A stretch of DNA of 64,000 bases from the human T2T-CHM13v2.0 reference genome, Homo sapiens, in assembly GCF_009914755.1 (NCBI RefSeq), contig NC_060931.1, one strand, 5' to 3'. The notes under the pieces are model-generated. The model was not told where the DNA came from and did no database searches. It saw nothing but the letters and a program-made list of their open reading frames with translations. The stretch's first letter is position 1. The number at the start of each line of letters is the position of its first letter. Shown in pieces: positions 13,690 through 30,064 of this stretch. A program made the position numbers and the translations under genes.

Positions 13690-14960
13690 TTTTCCTCACC
13701 CAAACGGAAACTCGGTGGCCATTAAACAGTAACACCCTCTCCTACCTCCTCCCAGCCCTTAGTATTATCTATTCTTTCTGTCTATGAATTTTCCTATTCT
13801 AGATATTTCATGTAAGTGGAATCATACAATATGTCTTTTTATGTTTGGCTTCTTAGCATAATCTTTTTAAGGTTTATCCATGTTGTAGTATGGATCAGAA
13901 CTTCATTCCCTTTTAAGGGTGATAAATATTCCATTGTATGTGTATACCACATTTTGTTTATCTGCTTGCTGGTGGACATCTAGGTTATTTTCCAAATGTC
14001 GTCTATTGTGTATACAAGTATGTGTTTGAGTTCCTGTTCTCAGTTATTTTGGTAATATACCTATGAGTGCATTTGCTGGATCATATGGTAATTCTGTGTT
14101 TAACTTTCTGAGGAACTGCCAGTCTTTTCTGCAGTGGCTATACCATTTTATATTCTCATTATCAATGTATGAGGATTCTAGTTTATTCCAACTGTTATTT
14201 TTCTGGGGTTTAAAAAATTATTATAGTAGACATCTTAGGGTGAAGTGGCATCTCATTGTGGTTTTGATTTACATTTTTCTAATGGCAAATGATTTTGACC
14301 ATCTTTTCATGTACTTGGCCATCTGTATATCTTTGGAGAAATGTCTATTCATGTGCTTTACCCATTTTTAAATTGGGCTATTTGTCTTTTAGTTGTGGTT
14401 CTTTATATATTCTGGATAATAAACCCTTTTCAGATACGATTTGCAAATTTTTTCTCATTTTGTAGTTTGTCTTTTTACTATTAGGTGTCCTTTGATGCAC
14501 AGAAGTATTTAATTTTGATACTGTCCAGTTTATTTTTGTTGTTGTTGCTTGGGCTTTTGGTGTCATATCTAAGAACCTATTGCCAAATCAAAGGTCATAA
14601 AGATTTACCTATATATTTTCTTCTAGGATTCTCATGATTTTAGCTCTTATATTTAGGTCTTTGATTCACTTTGAGTTAATTTTTGTATATGGTAGAAGAT
14701 GGGGTGTCTAACTTCACTCTTTTGCATGTGGAAATTCAGTTTTCCCAGCACCAGTTGTTGCCTAGATTATTCTTTCCTCCACTGAATGGATTTGACATCT
14801 TTATCAAAAATCAATTGGCTATATATGTAAGGATTTACTTCTGGACTCCTCATTCTATTGGTGTTATATATCTATTCTAATGCCAGTGCCACACTTTTGT
14901 TTAATGTGGCTTTCTAGTTAAGTTTTGAAATTGGGAGTTGTGAGTCCTCTGTTTTTGCTA
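13690..14960 (-). mobile_element. L1MB-like 3' UTR and ORF2 C-terminal remnant
   Basis: ORF 14378-14566 (MTPKAQATTTKINW...) resembles the L1 ORF2p C-terminus. Typical 3' UTR motifs. Confidence 0.8.
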
Positions 14961-15227
14961 TTTAGAGCTCCTTAGTTGTCCATTTTTGTAAATGAATAAT
15001 TTCTTAAAGCCTGCTTTTTAGATTTTATTTTTTGGAGTTTCATCCGTGTTGATACATAGACTTGTAGCTTATTTGTTGTGACATCTTTATTATCATCTGA
15101 GTAAATTTCAGTGTATTTGACTTTTCTATTGAAGTACAATTATTTCCATTTTTGTTTTTTTTTTTTGCTTTAACAATCAACATTCTTCTGCATGATACTT
15201 GTTCACATGTTTTAAAGTTTCTTTAGG

Positions 15228-15437
15228 ATGGTAGGGTGATTTTTGCCTTGCCAGGAAACCTTTGGCAGTGTTTCGAGACATTTTAGATTATCAAGACGGG
15301 GAGAGGGGTGTTACTGCCATCTGGTGGTCAGAGACAAGAGATGCTGCTAAACATCCTGCAATGCAGACTCTCACTGACCCCTCCCCACCCCTACCCCCCC
15401 TACACACACAAAATAGTGCCAAGGTTGAAAAACCCTG
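15228..15437. mobile_element. MER20 hAT-Charlie MITE
   Basis: ggtgatttttgcc...gagacatttt...gatgctgctaaacatcctgcaatgca...aatagtgccaaggttgaaaaaccctg. Confidence 0.85.
15314..15330 (-). promoter_or_regulatory. CTCF core motif
   Basis: The reverse complement TGACCACCAGATGGCAG matches the CTCF core CCACCAG(A/G)(T/G)GGC(A/G). Motif match only. Confidence 0.5.
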
Positions 15438-15954
15438 CCTGCCCTGAAGCATATAGAAGTGGAATTGATAAAACTTGAAATGTTTTCATCTTAATAAGTG
15501 GATTTCTGTAAATCATGGAAAAAATATTTTCTCCATAGGTTTGGAATGTTTGGAATTAAAGTTGCTCTGGCAATGCTGCCATTCCAGCAATTACAAGCAA
15601 TTTATATATCTCAAGCCAGATCAGGTAGCAGCATTATCCAGAGTTAGCCAGTTCATTCACTTTAACTTCATGAACTAAAATACTTTGGCACTCGGTCTGC
15701 TTAAAAGATTAATTTTAGAGTGAGTCTGTTTCAAAACAGTGGCACTTGTGCAGATGGGGATAGTTGGAATATTAGGCTGAATGTACTTAATAAGAGCAAA
15801 ATTAGAACATGAAAAAGTTTTTCTTGACACAGATGGTTGTTAAACATTGAAGACTTAAAGGTTTAAGAAGTTTTTCTCTAGTATATTTTAAATTAAAATT
15901 GTAATTGAAGACATAGGAATGAATTTAGACTCACTTGAAGATGTGTTACATGTC

Positions 15955-16295
15955 ACCGTGGAATACTGTGCTGCCATAAATAGGATGAAAGCATGTCCTT
16001 TGCAGCAACATAGATGCCATGATCCTAGGCAAATTAACACAGGAACAGAAAAATAAAATTTTAAGTGGGAGCTAAACATTGAGCACACATGGATGTAAAC
16101 TGGGAACAGCTGACAGCATGGACTACTGGAGGGAGGTATGGGTTGAAAAGCTACATGTTGGGTATTGTGCTTACTCCCTGGGTGACAGGACCTGTACCCA
16201 AACTTGAGCATCATGCAGTTATTCCCATCTAACAAACCTGCACATGTACCCCTTGTATCTAGGGGATATATGTGCAGGTTTAAAATAAAAGTTGG
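15955..16295 (+). mobile_element. L1PB-like 3' end fragment
   Basis: tggaatactg...cctttgcagcaaca...aagtgggagctaaacattgag...aacaaacctgcacatgtacccc...aaaataaaagttg. Confidence 0.85.
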
Positions 16296-16686
16296 GGGAA
16301 AAAAGACCCATGGTTCCTGTTTGAGAATCCGTTGAAAGCTATGGCCCCAGAAATGATGTCCGTACTTGTGTAAATACAATTTTGCATATGGTTTGAGGTG
16401 GTTTATGCATGCTTCTGAAGCCCATCCAGGGACTCACCACTCTTTACTTATATCCAGGTTAAAAATTTTGCTAAAAGTTGGTTAAAACACTTAAAGTGCT
16501 AAAAATAGATATACATGAAATGATCAATGAATTGTATCTTCACAACTATATTTATATCTCCTTAACCAAATGCTTCTGCATTTACTGATGAGGAAAAATA
16601 GGTGACTCAGAATTAGAATTCAAGTCCTCTAATGTTAAATATTATTTAAACTTTACATCTATAACCTTCATTCTTTATCTTTTTAG

Positions 16687-16890
16687 GTGTATGCAACAGC
16701 GTTATTGCAACAGGCTAACGAAAACAGACAAAATTCAACTGGAAAAGCATGTTTTGGCACCTTCCTCCCAGAAGAAAAACTTAATGACTTTCGTGATGAA
16801 CAAATTGGACAGTTGCAGGAGCTGATGCAAGAAGCCACAAAACCCAATAGGCAATTTAGTATTTCTGAGTCTATGAAACCAAAATTTTAG
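16687..16890 (+). CDS. Terminal coding exon of an unidentified gene ([15 protein letters not shown]...ISESMKPKF*)
   Basis: Strong acceptor cattctttatctttttag|G, then a 67-codon non-repetitive open frame ending in TAG, followed by an AU-rich UTR and poly(A) signal. Confidence 0.85.
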
Positions 16891-17440
16891 TCTATACAAC
16901 AAAGCTTAATAAGACATGCAAAAATTTAGAACCCCTACTTTAACTGTCATTGGTTTTTGAAATATATTTAAGCTTTGAAAACACCTGTTATTAATGAAAT
17001 ACTCTTTTATTTTGGATATTATGATTGCAGTATATGGATCAAGATCACTAGTGACAATTGAAAAAAACTATTGGAATAATAGCACTTGTATGAAATTCAG
17101 TTTTGGAACTAAACAGCAAATTTCTAGAATTTTGCTGAAAATGTTTTAAAATGCTATTCTCATCCAGCCATATTAGTCTTCTGGCTTTTCTTTAGCTTCA
17201 TCAAATAAGCATGTTGTGATAATGATAGATGTACAATTCCAACAAGGTTATTATTTTTTAAATACATTGTCATTCTGAACATTTTATCACTTCTAGTTTA
17301 ATAATACATACATGATTTTTCTTCTGAATGTCTCTTCTCCCTGCATCACTGTTCATTCACAATGAAAGGTTAGGAAGAAGCTTTAAAATTCACTATTTTA
17401 CTATCAATCATTTGTATAATAAACTATACAAAGTATAATA
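16891..17440 (+). other. 3' UTR (~550 nt)
   Basis: Unique AU-rich sequence between the stop codon and the poly(A) signal. Cleavage position estimated. Confidence 0.7.
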
Positions 17441-17464
17441 CGTTTCCTCCAGTGTTTGTTTGTT
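17413..17464 (+). terminator. Polyadenylation signal
   Basis: TGTA (17413), AATAAA (17418-17423) and a downstream GU-rich gtgtttgtttgtt (~17452-17464). Confidence 0.75.
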
Positions 17465-17654
17465 AATAACAACCCCTGAAATAATGTGTAGCTACATTGA
17501 GACTCTCATTTATCAACTAATAGTTGAGGACATTACAAATCAACTTAAGTATAAGAAACTTTCCTAAGATCTCAAATTTAAAAAACGGTAACCCCATTTA
17601 CAACATAAAATGTGGATTTTAAAAAATATTATGCTAAATGACTTGTATCTTTAG

Positions 17655-17940
17655 TTATTGAAACCTGATTCCCAGTGTGATACTATTAGGTGGTAGAGCC
17701 CTCATGAATGGGATTAGTGCCCGTATAAAAAAAAAGCTCCAGGGAGATCTCTTGCCCCTTCTACCATATGAGGATACAGTGAGAAGATGTTAAAGCAGAA
17801 AGTGGCCCCTCATGAGACACTGAATCTGCTGGTGCCCTGGTCTTGTACTTTGCAGTCTCCAAAACGTGAGAAACAGATTTCTATTTATAAGCCACCCAGT
17901 TTAGGGTAATTTGTTATAGCAGCCCAAAGAGACTAAGACA
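17655..17940 (+). mobile_element. MaLR LTR (MLT1A/MSTD-like), partial
   Basis: gagccctcatgaatgggattagtgccc...ataagccacccagt...ttgttatagcagccc...gactaagaca. Confidence 0.8.
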
Positions 17941-18966
17941 GTTAGTTAGGAAGGCTTACTCCAAGATTCTGAAACGATCATTTTTTTAGATGTACTTGCA
18001 ATTTATGTCATCTCTTTAGAAACTGATACATGTTTTCTCTGGGTTGGTGTCTCATGTGTTCTCTCTTTGTATATACCTGCTAGGGCCACCTTAGTCCGTT
18101 CTTCCATCCTTTTTTTTTTTTTTTTTTGAGTCAGTCTGATCTGTTGTTGGTCTTTCTCGTTGAGAAAGATGATAATCAATAATTATTCCGTCTGTGTTAT
18201 AACAGGCTTCAGGGATACAACAATGGATAAGACGAAGCTCCTGCCCTCAAGAAGTTTAAAATCTAGTTGTGCATTCAGGAGCCCTCGTTCATCATGAACA
18301 AATACATCTGCAAACTCTTTACAGCATTATCCTTTTCATCATGCCTAATATAAACCTAATACTTCTGAAGACGCTGCTTCGCTGTAGTCTTGTAAAGTGG
18401 GCCACAACTCCCACTTTACAAGAGACCCATCCTATTGTCCCTTTCAACCCATCACTATGCCACCCTCGCTTAAGAACTCGTTCCTTTGTGGCTTTTTTTC
18501 TTTTAGGGTATACTTCCCTTCTGTTCGTTGGCACTTGACTTAACCTCAAATCTTGCCATTATTTTGGTGACTTAGTATTTATGTCGTTTACTTAACCAGC
18601 AGACAGAGTTATCTGGCATTATTCACTTTCATTCAACCACTCACTCATGCCATGGCTACACTTAAACCTTCACTCTGTTCAGAACTGTTTTGCATCTGAA
18701 ATTATGAATTTCAATATCCTGTGCTTTTGCCACTATCTCTTAACAATATAATCAGTTTCTTACTCCCACTGCACAATTCATTCAACAGATACTTACTAAA
18801 AACCTGCATTTGCCAGATGTCATTCTAGGTATTAGCGATATAGCACTTTTAACAAAGACAAAACGTCTGCTACCCCCATGGAACTCACATTCTAAAGGAG
18901 AGAAATAAAATATGTAGGGTGATAAGTACTATTGAGGAAAATAAAAGCAAGGATAGGGAATAGGGC

Positions 18967-19895
<929 letters not shown>

Positions 19896-20207
19896 CCATG
19901 TCTTTTTCTTTTACTTCACCTGCTGCTCTAGCCAGGGTAACCACTCACTTGCCAAAATCAATGGGATATTAATCACTGTAAGGTTGATAAGTTGAAGATT
20001 TGATAGTATTACTGTCTTCTGCTTTTAAACCACTTCTGCTTTTTATACTGCCTACTTCTCCTTTAGATTATAAATTTTCTCCTCCCTACCCCCACTTTTA
20101 AAAATATGATGTTCTGTGGGATTTCATCCTCAGGACTCTCACATTACACATTTGTTGCTTCAAATATTAGCTCTACTCTTAAATCACTAACACCAACCTA
20201 AATCTCA

Positions 20208-22350
<2,143 letters not shown>

Positions 22351-22463
22351 CTTCTTAATCTCATTTGTGAACTTCAGATCTGTGTTTGAGACTGACATTT
22401 CCAACTCATGTTTAAAATCAAATATACTTCTCTTCCCTTTTCAGTGAATAACAACATATGCGC

Positions 22464-22584
22464 AATGACGAGTTAATGGGTGCAGCACACCAACATGGCA
22501 CATGTATACATATGTAACAAACCTACACATTGTGCACATGTACCCTAGAACTTAAAGTATAATAAAAAATAAAAATAAAAAAAA
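22464..22584 (+). mobile_element. Severely 5'-truncated L1PA (3' terminal ~120 bp)
   Basis: aatgacgagttaatgggtgcagcacaccaacatggc...gtaccctagaacttaaagtataataaaaaa. Confidence 0.9.
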
Positions 22585-22689
22585 TAACATGTACACAGTT
22601 TACCAGTTCAGATTTTTGCAATTTTGCTTCGATTTCACCATTTCCCTACAGGCCTCTTCCTCATTATTCAGCAATTCTGACAACACTAC

Positions 22690-23137
22690 ATGGTGGATCA
22701 CAAAATGCTCATAGTTCTCTACCACTCCTTGTACCCATGCCCTTTGCAAGGTAACTTTGCAGTGCCTATTAATCTGTTTTTCAGTTATTCAAATCTGCAG
22801 GCCTTGTGACTTGATTTGCTCAAAAGAATGAGGGAGTAATATTATGCAAACTTAGGTTCTGGGCCCTCAGAGCCTTGCATACTTCTGCCGGCACTATTGG
22901 ACATCTGTCCAACTGCCATGTGAGCAAACTAGGGCTGGCCTACCAGAGGATCAGATCATGTGGAGCAAAGGTGAGTCATCCTAGACCAGCCAGCTCTCAG
23001 CCAACCACATTTATATGAGTGAGCTTAGCCATGACAGCTAATCCCAGTCCAAATTGCCAATTACAAGCTAAATTAATGGCAGTTCTTTTAAATCAGTACA
23101 TTCTGGGGCAGCTTATTATATAGTTAGGGCTGATACA
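22690..23137 (+). mobile_element. MLT1 (F/G-like) MaLR LTR
   Basis: cccatgccctttgcaa...ggccttgtgactt...gccatgtgagc...ctgataca. Confidence 0.6.
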
Positions 23138-24907
23138 CTGTACTGCCTTACTGTCTCAAAATCACTCATTCCCCCTTTTCTGACTATTAGTCTGATACTT
23201 TAGACTTACAATTTTTTTCTGTAGCAATCTATATATGGCTTTCTTGTCTCCAGCCTGTTTTTTTAGTATGTTACTTGCAGCCAGTCACCTTAGTGATATG
23301 CAAATCCTATTTCCCTGCTTAACATTTGGAGTGGAGGAGGGTGTTTGGATTGTACTTAATGGTAGTGATACATGGCACAATTGGCTTCTTACCATTGTAC
23401 TTGGTGGTTGAGAGGAATCTGATACAGCTTATTGAAAATAAATTGGAAATATATATTAAGAACTTTAAGAACAATGGTACTTTTTGAACCCGTAAATTTT
23501 ATTTCTAAGATTCTATCCTAAAGAAAAGATATTCAGGAATGTGCAGTTTTTCACATAATCATGTTATTAAAAATGATATTTGAGTGAATTTGGAACAGCA
23601 GAACTCCCCCAAATACTTAAAAGGTTAAGTGAGTTGAGATGACATGTATAACGAAGTAGTTTAAATGTAGGTTTATGAAGAATTTTTAATGACATGGAAC
23701 ATTTCCTGACATTGATAGGTGAGAAAATGATGCTATGAAATATATGGGATTTTAAATAAAATTTTAGATTTTCTTTTCAGTAATGTGGCAAACAATGCTA
23801 ATCTGAGCAGTTCTGCTGAAAATGAAAACTTTTAGGTAGAGTAGAAAAAGTATTTTTTAGAAGCTTCTAGGAGCTGGCAATACCCTAAGAGATTAATTAT
23901 AAGGCCAATATTGCTAAGTGAAACTGGCAAAGCCTCTTTTACCCTAAGATGAATTTCTACTTTGGTTTTGATGGTCCTTTGGGACACAGTGGGCAGAAGA
24001 CAAAGCACAGAACCCACGTAAGTTGGAGAGTCATAAACGGTTTTTCCAGAAAGACAGGACCCTAAAGACTATATATACCCTCAGGGTTAGAGTGAGCCAG
24101 AAGAAAACTTGCTCCAGTACTTGTACAGAATTGCAGGCTATCCTGGATTCAAGTCATCTGTGTACTAAAACAAAACTTAAGCTATAAATTTAATATATGG
24201 CCCCAGAATGAGTACCTGACAAATGTAAACAAGCTTTTGAGGATACTCGGGTCACAGATAATTTCCAGAAAAGTGAATCCTCAAGTTTCAGTAAACAAGC
24301 AGACTCCACATGGAAAGCTAGCACCATGACTAAGAGGCAGCAGAGACAGACCACCAGAAAACTCAGATATTGGAATTAACACATGTATAATATAAAACGT
24401 GTTCACATGTTTAAACTTAAAAGTTATTTGGAAATATCTGCAAGAAACAAGGCATTATAAAAAGTAGGCTGGCATATTTGAAAAAGAACCAAATGGAACT
24501 TCTTATAGAAGTAGAAAATAGAATAACTAAAATTAAAAAATTAACCCTAATGGATAAGTTCAAAAGACAAGATGGACTTGAAATAATGAGAATTAGTGAC
24601 TGCAATACAGAACCAAAAGAAAGTATCCAGAATTCCGCATGAAAAACAAACTTGAGAATATGAGAGGTGGTTAAAACACAAGAGTGTCATGTATATCTAA
24701 TAGTTTCAGATAGATACCGAGGCAGAACCAATATTTGAAGCTATATTTCCTGAGACTTTTTCAAATCAATGAAACACATAGTCTATGGATTTATCCTAAG
24801 CAGGATAGATATAAAATCCTCATTCTTAGACATACCGTATTGAAGCAGCAGAATGCCAATAACTTGTAAAAGCAGCCGAAACAAAAGTCACAAGGGAACC
24901 TCAGCTA

Positions 24908-25388
24908 GTACAGGACAAGTCCCTGGATGGCTTTGGTGACCCAGCTATTCTCCACTTTCTCACTTGTAGTTCTTGTAGAAATGTGCCAGGAATACAACAT
25001 CCTAATAAAGAATTGTCCAGAACAGCCCAGGCTCTGTTCCTGTCCCTCCTGGAACAGGGTGTCCTTCACCACTTTAACCCAGCGGCCCATGTCACCTCCT
25101 AGGGGGTACGGCTTTCAAAATCCAGGGGCTCTCCGTGACAGTGCAAGTAGAGTATGCACAGATGAGTCCCAATCTGCCCTAGGCAGCTTTCCTCAGCCTT
25201 TGGAGACTTGCTTGTCATGAATCCTGGGCTACTGTTTTTCCTTACTGCCTACCTACAATTAATAAGACGACTTCATGAAACATGTATGTGAATGTCCTGT
25301 CTCACCAGACTCTTGGAAGTAGTAGAGACTGCAGTGCAAGATGCAGTGGGCTAAAGTGGTAAGCAGTGCACAGTGAATCTTCCTCACA
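24908..25388 (+). mobile_element. ERVL-class solo LTR (MER77-like)
   Basis: gacccag...ctttctcacttgtagttct...gaacagcccaggctctgttcc...cagtgcacagtgaatcttcctcaca. Confidence 0.55.
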
Positions 25389-25607
25389 ACTAATCTTAAG
25401 CTGACTTCTCAAGAACAATAATGGAAATCAGAAACCAGTTGAATGACTATCCCTAATGTGTTGAGAGAAATAAATTCCATTTTAAAATTATATACCTAGC
25501 AAGTGTATTTCAGGAATGAAGGTAGAAAAAAGATAGTGTCAGACAACAAAATATGAGCAAGGTTGCCACCTGCGGATTCTCACTAAAGGAAATTATAAAG
25601 GATGTGG

Positions 25608-27540
25608 TTTGAAAAGGCTTTCGATAAAATTCAACAACTCTTCATGTTAAAAACTCTCAATAAAGTAGGTATTGAAGGAACATACCTCAAAATTATAAGA
25701 GCCATCTATGACAAGCCTACAGCCAACATCATACTGAATGGGCAAAAGCATACTCTCTCTCTCTCACTACTCCTATGCAACATAGTATTAGAGTCCTGGC
25801 CAGAGCAACCAGGCAAGAGAAAGGGCATCTAAATAGGAAGGAGGAAGTCTATTTCTGTTTGTAGATGACATGATTTTGTATCTAGAAAACACCATAATCT
25901 CAGCCCAAAAGCTTCTGAAGCTGAAGCAACTTCAGCAAAATCTCAGGATACATAACATACAAAAATCAGTAGCATTCCTATACACCAACTACAGTCAAGC
26001 CAAGAGTGAAATCAGGAATGCAATCCTATTCACAGTTGCCACAAAAAGAATAAAATACCTAGGAATACAGTGAACCAGGAGGTGAAAGATCTCTACATGG
26101 AGAACTGCAAAACAGTGCTCAGAGAAATCAGAGATGATACAAACAAATGGAAAAAAATTCCATGCTCATGGATAAGAAGAATCAATTTTATTAAAATGAC
26201 CTTATAGCAGCCCAAAGCAGTTTGTACATTCAATGCTATTCCTATTACACTACCAATAACATCCTCACAGAACTAGGAAAAACTATTTTAAAATTCATGC
26301 AGAACCAAAAAGGAGCCCAAATAGCCAAGGCACTCCTGTGCAAAAAGAACAAAGCTGGAGGCATTACACTACCCGACTTCAAACTACACTACATGACTAC
26401 AGTAGCCAAAACGCATGATACTAATACAAAAACAGACATATAGACCAGTGGAACAGAATAGAGAGCCTGGAAATTAAGCTAAACAGCTACAACCATCTGA
26501 TCTCCCACAAACATGACAGAAGCAAGCAATGGAGAAAGGACTCCCCATAAGTAAATGGTGCTGGGATAACTGGCTAGCCATACGCAGAAGATTGAAACTG
26601 GACTCCTTATACCATATACAAAAATCAACTCAAGATGGATTAAAGACTTAAATGGAAAGCCCAAAACTATAAAAGCCCTAGAAAACAACCTAGGCAATAT
26701 TATTCAGGACATAGGCACGGATAAGGATTTCATGATGAAGATGCCAAAAACAAATGCAACAAAAGCAAAAATTTACAAATGGGATTTAATTCCAACTAAA
26801 GAGCTGCACAAACAGGGAGCCTACAGAATGGGAGAAAGTATTTGCAAACTATGTATTTGACAAAGTTCTAATATCCACTATCTGGAAGGAACTTAAATCT
26901 ACAAGAAAAATACAACCCCATTAAGATGTGGACAAAAGACATGAGCAGACACTCTTCCAAAGACGATGTACCTGTGGCCAGCAAGCATATAAGAAAAGCT
27001 TAACATCATGGATCATTAGATAAATGCAAATCAAAACCACAATGAGAAACTATCTCACACCAGTCAGAAGGGCTACTGTTAAGAAGTCAAAAAATAACAT
27101 GCTGGTGAGGTTATGGAGAAAAAGGAATGCTTATACACTGTTGGTGGAAGTGTAAAAAGAAAATCTGGTACATATACACTGTGGAATACTATTCAGCCAT
27201 AAAAGAGAATGAGATCATGTCTTTTGCAGGAATGTTGATGGAGCTGGAAGCCACTATCCTTGGCAAAATAATGCAGAAACAGAAAACCATATGCCACATA
27301 TTCTTATTTATAAGTGGAAGCTAAGTGATGAGAACACATGGACACATGGAGGGGAACAACAGACACTGGGGCCTGTTGGAGGGTGGGGAGTGGCAGGAGG
27401 GAGAGGATCAGGAAAAACAACTAATGGGTACTAGGCTTAATACCTGACAAAGTAATCTATACGACAAACCTCTATGACACAAGTTTACCTAGGTAACCTG
27501 CACATATACCTCTGAACTTAAAAAGTTTTTTTTTAATAAA
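25608..27540 (+). mobile_element. 5'-truncated L1PA15/16-like element with internal deletions
   Basis: ORF2 RT and C-terminal remnants ([31 protein letters not shown]). TSD aaaggatgtg on both sides. Confidence 0.9.
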
Positions 27541-27768
27541 AAAGGATGTGCTTTATTTGTGTAATGAGAAGAAATAAAATACCAATTAGATTGTAAAAAT
27601 GGATGACTCTGAAGGAGCTTTTATTATATTGAATATTGATGTTTCATGGGGTTAAAAATGAGAGATTTAAAAATATACAGGAATAATACATCAATTGGTA
27701 TGGTAATGATTGAAGGAAGTGCTTTAAGTTTAGATGGTGTGAGAAGTGAATAAAATGTACTGATTAAT

Positions 27769-28090
27769 TGTAAATATAGATGTGATTTCTAGTGTAACTA
27801 CTGCAAATGACTGCTATATAGAAATGAATATTTAACTTTCAAGCTAGTACAATGGAAAAATGAAACAGGAAAAATAATTATAAAATAAGAAATAGAAAAA
27901 ACCATAGAAGGAACAGAATAAGTAGAAAAAAGATATTAACAGATGTAAGTATAGATGTAATTTCTAGTGGAACCACTACAAATGATTGTTACATAGAAAT
28001 GAATATATAACTTCAAAACTAGTAGAGTGGAAAAATGAAATAGAAAAAAATTATAAGAGAAATAGAAGGAACAGAATAAGTAGAAAAAAA
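27769..28090 (+). repeat. Diverged tandem duplication, period ~175 bp
   Basis: Copy 1 starts tgtaaatatagatgtgatttctag (27769) and copy 2 tgtaagtatagatgtaatttctag (27944). Both end atagaaggaacagaataagtagaaaaaa. Confidence 0.9.
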
Positions 28091-28396
28091 TGAGACAGTA
28101 TTAGTAGACATAACCAAAATGTGAGTAATTACATTAAATGTAAATGGACTGAGTTATCCAGTTAAAGGCAGATTGTTAACTGATTAAAAAATGAAACCAA
28201 TTATATACTGTTATAAAAGACAACACCTAAACCATAAAATACAAACATTTGGAAAGTAAGGTGATGGGTAAAATTATACAAACCAAAAGGAAGCTGATGT
28301 AGATATATTAGTATTGGAAAAAAGAAATTGCTAGGGAAAGAGTCATATAATGAAAATTTCAGTCCACTAGGAAGGTAATTCAAAATTGACGTTACT

Positions 28397-28730
<334 letters not shown>

Positions 28731-30064
28731 TTAAGCAGCCTCATATTTGAGGATGTTAACGCAATTCAAGGTAACCCATGTGTCAAAGAAATGCTCATCT
28801 AACCTAAAATATAAGTGGAACTGGACAGTGGTGAAAATACTTAAAATGTATGTGTTGCAGCTAAAACAGCACTTGGAAGAAATTGATAGATTTAAACGTG
28901 TCTAGCAGAAGGAAAGACTAAATGAAAGAAGCATATATCTTAAGTTATAGAAAAACAACACAAAATAAGCTGAAAGAAACTAGAAGGCAATAAAGACGAG
29001 CAGAATTTTATTTTAAGGTTTTATCTTTGAAAAAGATTTCTAACACTGATAAACCTCTGACAAAGTTAAGGAAAAAAGCAGGCACACATATCCTGTGTCT
29101 AGAATGAAGAAGAGGACATAAATATTCCTATTATGATGTTAAATATATTATTATGAATAACTTAAAACCAATAAGTTTGTAACATGTAGAAGAAACTGAT
29201 GAATTTTAATAAAAACATAGCTTACCGAAATATACAATAGTTCAATAGCCATCAAAATAACTGAATCAATAATTTACAATATTCCCAGAAAGAAAATTCC
29301 ATGCCTAAACAACTTATTTGGTGAGTACTAACAAGTATTCAAAAAGTAATTCCAAACTTAAGCCTTTTCAGAAAAGAGGGGTACTCCTTAACTATATGGG
29401 CCCAGCAAATACCTGAAACCAAATGAAGTATGAAAAAGGAAAATTACTGGCCAATTTCACTTAGGAACATAGATTCAAAATTCTAAACTAAGTATTAGCA
29501 AGACAAATTCAGCAAAGGATGATTCATCAGGAACTAGTTGGGTTTATGCCAGGAATCCAAAGTTGTTTTTACATAAAAAAATCAATTACTATGATCACAT
29601 AAATTAAAAGAGATTTAATTATGACCATCTCATTAGATGGAGAAAAAGCATTTGCTAACATTCAGTATCCATTCATGATAAAAATGCTTTTAGCAAACCA
29701 GGTATAAAGGCCACTTTATCAATGAAAGGGTTTCTACTGAACATCAGCAGCAAACATGATGAATCGTTGAAAGCTTTGTCTTTAAGATTGAGAAAAAGAC
29801 AAAGATATCTGTCATTTCTTCTTCTGAATTCAAAACTGATGGTCTCTGAAAATGTAATTGTATATGTAGAAAATCTAGAAGAATCCACAAATTTCCACAA
29901 ATTCAGATGAATAAGAGAAGTTTGCTGGATGCAATAATTGCTATCAATTGAATTTCTGTGTAGCAGCAAAAAGCAGCATGAAAATTTGTAAGTATTTTAT
30001 CAACAAATATTAAATACTTAGAAACCAATTTAGAAAAAGATGTTAAAAATTCTCTGGAGGGAAA

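Noticed and set aside
15888-16379. 163-aa minus-strand ORF
   Set aside because: Spans an L1PB 3' UTR and a MER remnant, with a non-ATG start and no domain.
16687-16890. Assigning a gene symbol to the terminal exon
   Set aside because: I do not reliably recognise the peptide. BLASTP of [23 protein letters not shown]...SESMKPKF would settle it.
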